Part shown: piece after piece, positions 27,401 to 42,400 of the stretch
Numbering within the stretch: position 1 is the stretch's first letter
Layout of the letters: every line of letters begins with the position of its first letter
Translations under genes and position numbers: made by a program
Source of the DNA: Asterias rubens
Lineage: Eukaryota
Assembly (NCBI RefSeq): GCF_902459465.1
Contig: NC_047062.1
Coordinates: 12,772,001-12,836,000, forward strand
Length of the DNA stretch: 64,000 nt
Direction of reading: 5' to 3'
Notes under the pieces: model-generated
Told to the model about the DNA's origin: nothing
Database searches by the model: none
What the model saw: the letters and a program-made list of their open reading frames with translations, nothing else

Positions 27401-30400
27401 AAGAGACCTTGTGAAATTAACATTTTGACTAGTATAAAAGTAATGAATTTTTATAAATGTCATACATGTATGACAATTATTTTGGAATGCTTCATTCAAT
27501 ACGGTAAGGCAGAGTTGAATAAAACACTTAATCCTTCAATGAATGGAAACATTCTTTCAATTATATGAATGCAAAACAGGATATTTGGTTCTTGAAAAAA
27601 GTAATAATTAATGTTGCATTATGACCAACAATCCTCCAATGAAATAACAGGGATTTGCTTGTTTTATATAACAACATGCTTTAGTTGTCATAGAGAGACA
27701 TAAAGTAGTTTGTTTGGAAATATTTCTCTGGATGATTGGTACTGGTATGAATTTTGGCAATAGATGAGATCTCAGGTCGAAACTGATCAAAATAGGTGTT
27801 TTTTTAAAGGCAAATACAAATCCCGTGTTTGCCTTTAACAAAAATGCAAAAGGAACCATGTTCAAATGCTATTTGCATCATTTATTCCGACTGAAATGTC
27901 AACATCGGTGTGACATGGACACTGATAGCAAGCAGACATGCACAATGAAGACAGTCAAATTTGCCTATCATTGTAGAAAAATGACAACCACATGTGGGGG
28001 CTATAAATTGAGATGCTCGATTGCAGATAGACACATTACAAAGACAATACACTACAAGTGATATGGGTGCTTTGTGAACCATCTGGTAATGGCGGGAGTG
28101 AGTCACATTAACTTGACGTCACACTATGATGAAGCTATTCCATGAAGCTACTGCTAGTATAGTCTAGGTCTTATCAGCGGAGACATCGCTAGGAGATGTG
28201 TATACCGTCGGCTATTTATCTGAATAATCTAAAATAATGACAATACATTTGACGGAACGATAAACATGTAAAGATTCACTAGTGCATGGTTATGAAAGAA
28301 AAAGAGCACTGGAGATTTTCTATGTTTCCATTTTAACTTCACTTTTCACCCCAATTGGGGTAAAAAATTCACTCAAAATATGCAAAAGGTATAGTTAAAC
28401 CCTGAAAAAATATCATAAAGTTTGTGAAATTGTGATGATTTAAACTCCAGCGATTCAAAATGTACCATGCACATAAAGCGGCAGAGGATACTTATAGTTA
28501 AACAAACTCCTTTTCTCTTGCAGAGAAGTACCCCACCCCCTCCTTAAATCATCTAAAGAAGTCCTGAGATTCCAAGAACATGATGCTAAGACACAATGGA
28601 AGAGGACACACTGGGCTCCAGACAGCCCATCTCATAGTTCTAATCGATTTTAATGGAATCGATACTGCACCACATGAAAACAAAGCGCATTTGAAAACAA
28701 AGCGCATTTGAAAACAACATCTGGACATGAAGACGAGCAGAGTATACTGTTCAAAACGTCAAGACCAAACCGGCTCTTCTCAGAGCCAACACTCACACAA
28801 AAGAGATTTACACATGGCTATACCCGCAAGTTTACTATTTATTTGTAGTTTCTTCCTATTTCGCCACACCATTTCGCCACACCTTCAAACAATACTAACA
28901 TCTGGACAACACATAAACACTCTGTTTTTGGACACCCTTTAAAGTTAGTCATACACAAGACAAATCCAGTTACAGAGTTAAGTCCAATTTAACAAAAATT
29001 GTCAATTCACATTGGTGTGTATCTCTTGCAATTTGATCAGATAATTTCTTTATTAACATCGAGTATCCATTCCTAGATTTGGGTTAAATATACATCGCTG
29101 TAAGGTTAACCCAATTCAAGTTCCCTTGATTCAATGCAATGTGATTTTATTTCATTACGGGCACATTTGTCTACCTCTATAGCTGGCCCCGAGGGACAAA
29201 CCATGGATACATGATTAAATGTTACCCAGTTTTAACAAATTTACATATTCAAGATCTACATGTAGACATCAAGCTATGTGTCATACTGTCATTGCTGTTA
29301 GTTGCCTCAGTTTTTGCACTCGACAAGATTTGTGTGTTTTCGTTTTTATTTAAGGCAAAGAAACCAATGTGCCTCAACCCCTACTTTTTATAGTATACAC
29401 ATGCAAGTGTTTTGGGATCTTTTGTGTGCATTCTCCCCAAGTTTAACAAATTTCCTTATTATAGATCTAGGCATCATCCATGATGTGTCATACTGCCATT
29501 GCTGTTGCTCTGGTTTTTGCACTTGGCAAGATTTTTGTGTATATTTCTGGTAGTGAAACCAAGGATGCCTCCGAAGTGAAGCTCGCAAGCCTTGAAAAAC
29601 CTATGAACAAGGGTGATTGCTGTATGTGAACCAAAAACACCTGGGTTAACCCCTACTTTTGTATAAGTGTTCTGGGACCTTTTAGGAACATTCTCCCCAA
29701 GTTTAAACAAACTCCCATATTCTAGATCTAGACATCATGATATGTGTCACACTACTGTGGCCCTGGTTTTTGCAATTTGGCAAAATTTCATTTCTGGTAA
29801 TGATACCAAGGATGCCTTGTAAGTGAAGCTCGCAAACCTTGGGAAACCTATGAAAAAGTGTGCTTGCTATGTGAACCAAAAACAATTGGGTTTAACCCTA
29901 CTCCTTCATCAGTGTTTATTCATGGATTATCAAGTATAGTACATGGGACCTATACGGCTTAATGTCCCATCCGAAGGACAAAGCAATTACAGTCAAGTAT
30001 GTTACCGAAGGACACAAGTGAAGGGAGTTGAACCCACGCTGTTCAGAAACATCAGAGCTCGAGTCAGGTGCTCTTAAACTGCTCCTTCCTGACACGCCAT
30101 ATTGAACAATTTGAAACTTTAAAAGAAATAAATTATCAAAAAAATTGTGGCATAAAATGACACATGTAATTTTTAATGAGAAGGTAAAATATTGTTCATT
30201 GTAAGAATACATAAAATGTATTGTTTTGTCAGCATATTCACCACTGAGAGAAATACAAAGAAGAACCCCCCCTCAAAAAAAAAAAAAAAAAAAAAAAAAC
30301 ATTTCATGACTACTTCCTTATGATGTACATGAACCAACCATGACTCATGCACCATGAACATTATTTACAATAACAAGCTCCAACAGAACTCAACGAAGCA

Positions 30401-33400
30401 TAATATTCTGATCATTCACACAAAACATAAGAGATTGCTGACTCGGCATAAAAACACAGCCTATAGTTCCTGATTACATTGGATGTGCACGATTTAAGCG
30501 ATTCGCTACAAAAACATATTACAGTGAGTAGATAAAAACCATACTGATGGAGTCAAGGGTTGGAGTTTAATAGAGATCCAAAAAACCATTCCTTTGACAA
30601 TTTACATGTGATTACTTCAAAGTATCTCAAACTGAATCCAATCAAGCTTTTTGACAGCTAAGCTTAAAGAAGCAGGTGCTACTTCTCTGAACAAGTCATG
30701 TCACAGTAATGTCACTATATGTATGTAGGTCATCAGAAAGCATATTTTGGTGTCACATGTGGCTACTGTCTGCAATGCTCGCCATTTCAGGCATCCACCT
30801 GCATGTTATTGCCATGTGACCTCATAACCCAGAGGGACATTGACTCCTAAAATAGCGCAATTATTAAGACGACGTCCAGTGATTTGGGTTGATAGTTCTT
30901 GACTTGCCATGTGCTCTATAAAAAGTTGCAGCTCCAACTACCAACATAATGGACTGACCCTCGAGTCACCCTCAAATCGACCTTCACGAAGACTGACTTT
31001 CAAGGATGCTGTGCCTGAGCTAAGACCATCAGTTGCGGATTGTTTACAACATGAGTTTAACTACAATGATTTTCAGCTACTGACAGATCAAAAATCAACA
31101 GTCGCAAGTTGATAAATTCCTACTTCTGCGATGAGTCCCTGACAGGTGGGAACAAATCCATATATTGTACAGAGCAGCACATGTATCGATCACGTTATGT
31201 TTTACTAACGTCTGCATTAATGTACACACCAACACAAGTTTGGCTATTAATGCTGCAACACGTTTCAGCAACCATGAGCATGGTTTTGTTCAGGGTGACT
31301 CGTCGTCCAAGACATTCACACAATTTCTCATTTCGGAGTGACCTTGAGTGTAAATTTTCTGTGAGATTCCGTCGCAGCGTAAGTAAAACACAGGTGACCT
31401 GAAGGAGGCTGTGGTAAAACTCTCCATTTTAAAGAGCTACAATTTCACAGAGCTGCTTGGCAGAAAATATTGCTTTGCAAATTATCTTGCCCCAGTAAAA
31501 ATAAAAACACATTTAATTTACAGGTACAACCCATTTCTGCTTAGTCAAATTTACTGCAAAAAGCAAAAAAAGTACTATCAACTTGCATAAGTTGCATCTC
31601 TGTGAACCAGCAGCCGATTTCACAAAATGCTTGAGTTAGGATGAGTAAAGAATTGGGTTTTGCGTCCTAACATCTATGGATGCGGAACTAAATTCGTCCA
31701 TAGTCCTAAAATTTATCCTAGGTTAGGAAGAGTTTGGTAAAAACCTCAGGGGCCTGGATTTTGTAAGAACACAAATTACGGCAACTTACCGAGCCTGAGA
31801 ACAGAGAAGAAGAGTACAGAGAGCTGTAGGAGCATGCCAGCAATGACCACAAAGTTGATAGCCGTGTTATGGGTGTCCTTATCGATACGAGACGGCCCAT
31901 AGGCAAAGTAGATGTTATACCGGTCAACCAAGTGCTTGAAAATAATGTAGACAAGACCTGTGTGGATGAAAAAAAAAATAATTGGCATTTTGTTATTATT
32001 TTGGGATTGAAGGTGGTGGAGACGGTGTTCCTCCTTACCATTCAACTGTACAAGGTGACCACCCATTTTTTTTTCAGGGACCATATCATTCCACACTGTG
32101 AATAATTGCCATGAAAGAATAACTGTATGGGTTTTGCGGCATTGCATGGTGAGGTATCAATTGCGTCAATACCATATGTATCTACTTGTCAGGTAGATTA
32201 TGTTCTTTTGAGAACTTGTCTTGCTTTATATTCTACAACTGCGGAGTAGATTTTTGGAATTCAAGAGATTTCTCAGTTCCGAAAAGAACTGTCCTGCTTA
32301 TTTACTATTACCTGGGCGGAAGGTAGAAAATTTGGCCAGGAATACTACTTCAGCTTTAGTGGATCCAGGGGACTTCTTGTTTAAAAGCTTCACTACCATG
32401 GAGTGAGTTCTTAATCGGTCTAAATGTTTGATCTAGACATCGTCATCAGAAGACTAAAGAATTACTAATGAACAAAATGTTCTTTTTTTTGTGAAATTTA
32501 TGAGATTTTTCCATTGATTTTTACAGATGAAAAACTCAAAATTGCTCATTCTTGCAGGTTGCCAACTTTTTGCCGATGATGACTGAGTCCAAGACCATGA
32601 CACGTTTCACCTTGGCTTGCAAAGTAAAAATGTTTCATTGGTAGGACCTGATTTAAAACAACCTTGAAACCCCAAGGGAATAAGGTTATATCAGAAGGTA
32701 AATAAATTGATAATCAAAAATCATGAATACACTCATAAACTTTGACCACAATATTTGCATATAATTCAGTTTTTTCCCCTTAGTAATTCTGGAAAGCAAT
32801 TTCCTTCATCAAGTCTTCAATTAGTAATGAATGCCACACTAAACCTGTACTGACAGGAAAATTTATAGGCTTGTAGAAGAATAAAAAGACAACTTTTTTT
32901 CTGAATGGAGATAAATTTGAGTTATTGCATATAACTATCAGGGAGCAAGTTCAATTGCTGACAATATTGCATCCTTTATCTTGACTATGGGTACAACATC
33001 AAGCTGGTTAACCAAACTTCCTGCCCGGTCTCCTGTTAAGGCCGAGTTATAGTCGGTCGCGCGATGGTCGGGCGTCGGAAATCTTGACGCGCGATCATAA
33101 AAAGACACGGTTTTTAGGCCTCAGTCTTAGGATTGCGCGCAAGATTTCCGTCGCGCGACCATCGCGCGACCGACTATAAACCGGCCTTTAGAAGCACTAT
33201 AAGAACAAGGCCCACTCTCAAAGAGCTGTTTGAGCAGAAAATATTGCTTAAAGCCATTGGACACTTTCGCAACAGAAAAAAAATTAAAGTTCACAGATTT
33301 ACAAATAACTTATGCAGAGTTTACAGAAGGTAATGGTGAAAGACTTCTCTTGAAATATTATTCCATGAAATGCTTTACTTTTTGAGAAAACATTTTTGTT

Positions 33401-36400
33401 GCTTTAAAGTATTCTATTACAGTATAGTTCCATGCTAGTAGGCCCCCTAGTCTCTCTTAAAATAGGTAACAGAATATTAGTAGTCAGAAAGTCGGCAAAC
33501 TGGCTTCCATACACCCCCCCCCCCCCCCCGAAAGCAAATGGCAGTCAGCAAACGGTCTTCCATTACACCCTCCCGAAGAAAAAAATGGCCTCTCTATGCG
33601 CCTTAATCTGCTAGAGGGTGCTCCGTAAAGCAGTAACCGTTGCTCATCACAGGCATTCTAAAATTGGGCCGTGGTGAATGTTATAACATTCTTGATTCTC
33701 ACCCACGCACCAATGTGCTGCAAAATTAATGAATAACATTTGCGAAATATAGCGTGTATTGATTCCCTCCCTTACAGTGTGAACAGGTGCCAGCGAGATG
33801 TACAGTCATAGTCCATTGAAGGGGGGGGGGCGGCGGAGAGTGAAAATAATCGTGTAGTGTCTTTGCAAAACACCTGTGTACAATAGATCTCTCAGCGCTT
33901 TCATAATCAAGCAGATTAAATTATGAATTCTTGTATTCAGCGGTCTGCAAAATTCATGCAGATATACTGGGAGTAACAGAGGGATAATGAGAGGGTAAAA
34001 TTAAACTTATCTACAATTTCAATTTTAGAATTAAAATATGGTATTTTTTTAAAGTTTAATTGATGATTTTTAATCTGGAAACTGAATTTTGTATACAGTT
34101 GGTGATGTATACCAATCATCCTGCTAACTATTACATGTATTACTGATGAAATGCTATTGTTCTTTATAATAAATATGGCAGCAAATATAATACCTTCAAA
34201 ACCTGGTAAAAAAACATTAACCAATTAAACACATTACTGAGTGCGGAATAACTCCCCTAGGTGATGTTTTCTCAACTTCTAAAACTGAACTGAGAGAATA
34301 TCTGACGGATTTTACATGACAGGGAAAATCATGCATGCAGAAAAAAAATCTAAAATCCACGACCCCAGCGAACCACACCTAAAGACTCTCAAAAGTGCAT
34401 CATCAATAGCTCCGATCCACAACCGCAATGTCATGCTTGATTAATCGCAGCTCCGTTCGCTGCGCCGTGGGAATTGTTATCGCGTCTGCTTGATAAATTG
34501 CACCATCTCTCGTTTCAGTATGCCAATATTTGGAAACCAGCGTTGACCTAACATTCCCCGAAGTGTATCTCATTTTGTCAAGGTGGGAAATTTCATTAGA
34601 TGATCTCATTCATTTTTGCACTTTGGGGATAAATAGGATCAGACTTGATTAACAATAATATTGTGGAAATTCAAATTCAAGGGTTTAGGTGTGTGTTTGA
34701 CACCTTTAGAGGAATCAACAATTCAGTCTAGTGGGAAGTAGAAATTCTCCAATTACTCCTTGCTCTTTTCAGTGGACATCATCAAAAGACTGACTTTTGG
34801 GTGAGCATCTTTAAGATCCTCTATTCTGCATGAAAACCCTATCAACATTTCACTGTTTTCAAACTATCGAATTTCCGATGTGCAGGACCGAGACTTCCCA
34901 CTTCTCACACACAAAATAAATCAAATGTGAAGCAAAACATTTCTAGAAAAATATTGGAAGAGAGGTTTTTCCAAGATGACAAACTTTATACCATGCAAGT
35001 TATCTTTTTAATCTGTGTACATTAAAGGCAGTGGACACTATTGGTAATTACTCAAAATAATTATTATCATAAAACCTTACTTGGTAACGAGTAATGGGGA
35101 GAGGTTGATAGTATAAAACATTGTGAGAAACGGCTCCCTCTGAAATGACATAGTTTTCGAGAAAGAAGTAATTTTCCGCGAATTTGGGAGACCTCAGATT
35201 TAGAATTTAAGGTCTTGAAATCAAGCATCTGAAAGCACACAACTTCGTGTGACAAGGTGTTTTTTCTTTCATTATTATCTCGCAACTTCGCCGACCAATT
35301 AAGCTCAAATTTTGTTATTTTAAGCATATGTTGAGATACCCCAAGTGAGAAGACTGGTCTTTGACAATTACCAAACCGTGTCCAGGGTCAGACAACTTCA
35401 TTTTAGTCTTACCAATTTCATACAAGGCAATATTAAGTTTTTGGAAGAGCACATTCATTTTTAGTTAAACCATCTAGACTTCAAGAAATGTGTCTTAATT
35501 AGAAATGGAAGATCATTAGTCCGGGAAAAATCATATTCATGTAAACAGCCTAGACTTCAAGATGACAAATAACTAGGTTTCTTGGCAACTACACGTTTCT
35601 ATAACTTTGTTCACCATCTTCTATTCAACTTTGTATCATTGCTGCTGTTGCCCTGGTTTTACTTAACAGTCTCCAAGGACGACAGCACCAAAGCCATTAG
35701 TAACAGTAACCATGGCCTAATAATTATGATTGCTATCAAATAGGGCCAGGGTCTAATTTCTTTGAGCCGCTCAAGCAGAAAAAGTTGCTGAGTTAGGGTT
35801 CACAACAAAATGTTGCTTAGTACCAGAATGAGGTTACCAGCTAAACTACTACGTCACATGTACAATTTGTGGCTGGTATCCTGCTCATTAATGCTTAGCA
35901 GAAATATAATAAGCAATATTTTCTGCTTAAGCAGCTCTGTAAAATTGGGCCACAGGCCTTGATCTCATTTGGATTCTGTGTAAACTACATGGGATTTGGT
36001 GACTACTTACCCGCTGGAGTAACTAGTGGGCAAGTGATGCTATACACAAGAACTATAGAGAACGTTGTCAGAACCCACGCATACTGGACACCGTACTGGA
36101 ACTCATAGGCTAGTCGCTGTAATAACAATGACAACATCAAATAAGCTGCTGCAAACTGCTTACCAACCAAAATGACATGCAGGATAAATGCCAAATGGCC
36201 TCACGTTTCGACCTTAGCAGAGTTTTTCTAAAAGGCTAAGTAAAAAGGGGTCAAAACTTGAGGCTGTTATCAACTTCTTTTTGCAATGTAACAATGTTAA
36301 AATCTATATGAATGGAAAGGTACATTGTAAGTTTATTGAGAACAAGCTCACCCTAGATATAAGGTGAAACAATAAATAAATACAATTTTAAACTGTTTTG

Positions 36401-39400
36401 AAATGGAACCATGGTTCATGAGAAAGTGGCATAGGGGTCCCACTGCAGTTTATGTTGTAGACTTGCGTGTTTGTGAATGTATAATTCTAACTCAAACTGC
36501 CTGAACCAAATAGTTAACATAAAAATGGATTAAAGGAAAAGGACACCTGGTAATTACTCAAAATAATTATTAACATAAAACCTTACCTGGTAACGAGTAA
36601 TGGGGAGAGGTTGATGGTATAAGATATTGTGAGATACGTCTCCCTCTGAATTAACGTAGTTTTCGAGAAAGAAGTAATTTTCCACGAATTTGATTTCGAG
36701 ACCTCAGAATTAGATTTTGAGGTCTTGAAATCAAGCATCTGAAAACACGCAACTCTGGAGACAAGGGTGTTTTTTCTTTCATTATTATCTCGCAACTTCA
36801 ACGACAAATTTAGCTCAAATATGCTGTCCCTTGGAGATTCTGTCCACCATACAGTGATAGCGCCCTCTTTTGACTTAACTTCCTTCAGCCCATGTTAACT
36901 TACACTGAGACACACACACACACAAGTGTGTAAACACCTGCAATCGTGGACCCTCTTTTGTTCAATTCTTTGTGATAGCAACCGTGGACCACAATGATTT
37001 TCTTTGTGATAGAAACCTTGGACCTATAATCCCTTTTGTTATAGGTCCCCGGTTTGAATGTGGATACGTACCCACTGGGGGACAAAAACCCTCACACCAG
37101 AGGTTTCTAGTAAACTAGTGAATAATTATGAATGAACTGCACACAAAAAAACAACAATGTAGTGCCATGTTTATAAAGCATATCAACATTCATTACAAAC
37201 TTACTGATACTATTATCACAGCTGAATGAGAGAATGTTCCAAAGCTGGTGTAAGTCTTGTGATTAAATAGTTTATTCATACAAAACCAAAGCCTTGTATG
37301 CTTGTGTAGAATATGGTACAGCGAGCCCACATAACAACTGCTAATCATTAAAACAGGGCACACCAATCTTAACTACAAGTCCAAACATTTGAGTGTTGCG
37401 TTACCACAAAATGGAGTAAATTGGAGGATGTGGGAGGGTCTTTAGCCAGAGTGCCTTGTCACAGGAGGCAACTTTTCGGGCAACTTGGAGGCAAACAACT
37501 GCATTGCATTCAGCAGGACCACTTTGGTAGCACACAAGTAATTTTTCAAACAATGTCCACATCCCGGCCCACGAGCCCTGCTCTGTGAAAATGAGTCAGA
37601 TGTCGACAATTTAAAAAATCAAGTTATATGCATGTCTTGAAAGAACACACCAGCAGCAGTTATTTGGTATATGTCTAAGCTTTGGCAAATATCGTGTTGC
37701 TGAGTTACTCCCACTTGAAATTAGCCAGTATATAATTTTTGGTTATACACAATTACAAGTAAACTGATGTTTTGAACTACCATTAGTGGCAAAAGGATAC
37801 AATTAGATTAAAGTACAATGTATGATCACAAAATTGATATTCAAAAGTGTTCTAAAGGGTTACATTGCAAATATAAGTCTTTAAAAAAAAATAATAATAA
37901 TAAAAAATATTTTCCACATTAAACTCAATAATGCATTTGGGCGACATCTGACTAATTTTCAAAGAGTGGGTCACATATCTGAACATTCAAATGTGACTGG
38001 ATTCTCTTCTTGGAGATAACCTGGAACTGGTTGCCTGTAAATTACCTCATGTGGCATGACCCTAAGACACAAAGGGTGAGGTCATTCAGAAAGAAACATC
38101 AAACTTGTCTTACACTTCTCTTGGTGATTTTCTCAGCCTTAGACCTCGTCCACAGCATAGTGATTGCATACAGGAAGAGTTCTGGAAATCGGATGAGCTC
38201 TAGCGCTGTCCCAATGAAGGCTGATGTTATCACGTAGTTCACAAAGAAGGCTCCATTCTCCGGCAGGAAGATACAGCTAAAGACATTCGAGGAAAGATAA
38301 CTTACAAATACAGAACCAAGAAATTGTATTTTCTTTTCTACAAGGAAAAAAAGGTTTCATGCATTTATGTGTTACTTTAAGGAAGATGAAATCTCAAGCC
38401 ATAACGCATTTCAATGCACAAACCTAGCAACAGGCAATAGTCGATCCAAGCTACCTCCATTTTCACAAATAATCGAGAAACAAACTGTAATAAAATGAAT
38501 TGAATCATATATTGATCCTTATATAAGTGACAACATTGATATAGACACATTGTTTATTTTTTTTAAACGGCGAATTACCCCAAAAGAACAGGTCACAATA
38601 GCACAAGAGTCCTCTTTCCCATTCTGAAAACTGTGTGGTCTTGCAATTTTTTTTCTTCAGAAGGGATTGTCAGAACATAGGGGCCTTTGAACATGGAGCA
38701 GTCACCAGTCTATTCCAGAAGATTCTCTTCATGCAAAATGAACCTTTTACAAATTTATTGTTTGTTCAATCACATTTGCATTTAAAAAAACATTCTTGCA
38801 TTTTGACGCTTGTGTATCAAGGCCCCTGCTATAGCGCCATACAAGCACTCAAATAGTTCTCAGTCAGATCAGTCACTATAAGGAGCCATTCGGCATTGTT
38901 TGTCAGTACATCTCAACCAAGGGTTTAGCCAATCAGGTTCATTTGTCAGTACATCTCAACCAAGGGTTTAGCCAATCAGGTTCATTTATCAGTACATCCC
39001 TACCAGGTGTTAGTGATGAGAGGTTACAATACCGCGCACTGACCATGGTAGTATGGTAGTGAGGCTGTGTTATTTTGTTCTTGTTATAGAAGTGGTTTAT
39101 TAGAGCCATTAAAGTATTCAGAGTCTTCAATACTCACATAATTCAATTCACACAAGTGAGATTAAGGAAACATGTTTTTAGAGAGTGATCTAACAAGTAA
39201 GTCATTTGAATGCCTCCTTTTCATCATGTAATAATCTTTCTTGGAAGAAGTGTTAGCTCTGAAAAGATTAGTCTGCATTGACAGCGTACTCTTGCTTCAA
39301 TGCAGTGACGGCCACAGCACACTCATCCAAGCGTTAATAAGAAACCAATTAGCTCTATTCAGAGCAACCACTTGTTCCAAAAGAGAATGCATAATGTTTA

Positions 39401-42400
39401 AGTACGAGTCAGTGCAACTAAGGCAGAAAGTCATGACGTTAAAGCAATTGACATTTCTGATTGATGTGCTCAGTATTGTAAGATGAGTTAATATCGGACT
39501 CCTCTAGTAATAGAATCAGAAGTTGCCAAGTGTGTTGTTCTGGGCACAATTTCCCAGAGCTGCTTAAAGGGAAGGTACATGTTTGGTAATTACTCAAAAC
39601 AAATATTAACTTAAAAACTGACTTGGTAACGAGCATTGGAGAGCTGTTAATAGTATAAAACATTGTGGTAAAACGACTCCCTCTGAAGTATAAAAGTTTT
39701 TAAGTAAGAGGTAATTTCTCACTAAAATAACAAAAGACTTCTAGCTAGAAGTCTTTTATTCCTATCTGAAAGCACACAAATTGGTCCAACAGGGGTGTTT
39801 TTTCTTTCATAATTTCACGCAACTTCGATGACCAATTGAGCCCAATTTTCACAGGCTTGTTATTTTATGCTTATGATGGGTTACATCGAGTGAGAAGGCT
39901 GGTCTTTGACAATTACCAAATGTGTACAACGCCTTTAAAGACACTGGACGCTATTGGTAATTGTCAAAATCCAGTCTTCTCACTTGGTGTATCTCAACAT
40001 ATAATAATAATAAGCCATTTGTTAAGCGCCTAATGCCTCTAAGCACATATGCATAAAATAACAAACCTGTGAACATTTTAGCTCGATTGGTCGTCGGAGT
40101 TGCGAGATAATAATGAAAAAAACACCCTTGTCACACGAAGGTGTGTGATTTCAGATGCTTGATTTTCAGACCTCAAATTTTATACTTGAGGTCTCGAAAT
40201 CAAGTTCGCGGAAAATTACTTCTTTCTCGAAAACTACATCACTTCAGAAGGAGCCGTTTCTCACAATGTTTTATACTATCAATCTCTCCCCATTACTTGT
40301 CACCAAGTGAGGTTTTATGCTAATAATTATTTTGAGTAATTACCAATAGTGTCCACTGCCTGTAAGCACAAAAAGTAGCCAAGAACAACACAGTTATGCT
40401 GAGCAAAAAAGTAACCAGCTAAATACCATGCCACATGTACAATCTGTGACTGGTGTTCTGCTTATTTAATGTTTTCTGCTTCAGTAGCTCTAAGAAATTG
40501 GGCCGTGTTCAGAGGCAATTCATCCGTGCTGACGTGCTGACATTTCAGCTGTATGGCAAATGCCAGCTTTCCCATCGGTTGACCTGGTTAATGTAGGCTC
40601 AAATGTCAGGTGGTATTGATACACTTTGTCCACAATGGGAGAGTTTTGAAAGCTAGATGGCAGCAGACTTACCAGGTAAACTTACATTTTTTATGTCTTT
40701 CTGAGAATCCTCACATTCCAAGAACAGTGGATTTACCTGGTAAATCTGCTGCCACCTAGAGTCCCAAAAGTCTCCCATTGACAAAGAGGGGATCCGTGCA
40801 GAGCAGACACAAACTGAGCTAAGCATTCTCCCCGTTCTACTCCTTGCAATGCGAGGCATCTGCAAGAGATTTATATCACTTCCAAGGAAGAATACTCTGG
40901 CATAAGAATTCCCAGCAGGCCTACCAGAGACCATGCAATGATAAAAATGTAAACTAGATTCATTCAAAGCTCAAGTGAATCAAAGGATGATGTTTGATAC
41001 CAACATCAGTACTGAATTTGTCACATGAAGCCTTCAATTCAGAAACTTTCAAAATCCTCCAACTGGTTTTGCAGCAAAAACAACCGGAACAACAATAAAC
41101 TCTCCCTGTGCTTAAAGGCAGTGGACACTATTGGTTGTTATTCAAAATAATTATTAGCATGAAACCTTACTTGGTAACGGGTAATAGGGAGAGAGTAATA
41201 GTATAAAACATTGTGAGAAACGGCTCCCTCTGAAGTGATGTACTTTTTCGAGAAAGCAGTAATTTTCCACGAATTTGATTTCGAGACTTCAGATTTAGAA
41301 TTTGAGGTCTCAAAATCAAACATCTGAAAGCACACAACTTGGTGTTACAGGGGTGTTTTTTTCTTTCATTGTTATCTCGCAATTTCGCCGACCAATTGAG
41401 CTCAAATTTTCACAGGTTTGTTATTTTAATACACCAAGTGAGAAGACTGGTCTTTTACAATTACCATTAGTGTCCAGTGTCTGTAAAGGCCAAGTAAACC
41501 TTTGGTTTTTAGAACTGTTCAATTGTTTTATTCCGTTGTAAGTGTAGATGTATCGATAAAACTAACATGTGAAAATGTTGTCTCTATCCAAAGCGGTTTA
41601 TGTCCATGCAGGAAGAATAATACATGTAGGAATACACAATCTGAGAAGCCATTCTGCAATAACACTTCTCAGATTCCAATCGAGGTACATCAAAGCCGCA
41701 ATCTTTGCCCATAACCACATTACTTTGAAGTGAGATAATTTTGAAAATTGTTTTATTCTACCGAAAGCTGCTGTTGGCTTCTAACCAAGGGTTTCTATTG
41801 CCATTATTTTGGTTATTTACTCAAAATAATTATTATCATAAAACCTTACATGATAAAGAGTAATGGGGAGAGGTTGATAGTATAAAACATTTTGAGAAAC
41901 GGCTCCCTCTGAAGTGACGTAGTTTTCGAGAAAGAAGTAATTTTCCGCGAATTTGATTTCGATACCTCAGATTTAGCACACAACTTGGTGTGACAAGGTT
42001 TTTTTTTCTTTCATAATTATCTCGAAAGTTCAATGACCGATTGAGCTCAAATTTTTACAGGTTTGTTGAAATATGCTTATGTTGAGATACACCAACTGTG
42101 AAGGCTAGTCTTTGCCAATTACCAATAGTGTCCACTGCCTTTAAACAAAGTAACCTTTATAATATGGAAAGGTTTGCGTTAACACCATGTAATGACTATC
42201 TCTCTAATGAGTTGGGGTGGTTCTGAAAAGAACCATTGGTTTCAACTCGACGTGTCGATCAGTAAGCTATGACCGTTTATTTCAAAACCATTAGAGAGAT
42301 AGTTTTTACATGGTGTTACCGCAAACCTTTGCATATCGTATTTCCACCATGCAAAGTTTCAAATCCTACTTAAAGTAGCCTTTGCTTATCTTAAGAGATA

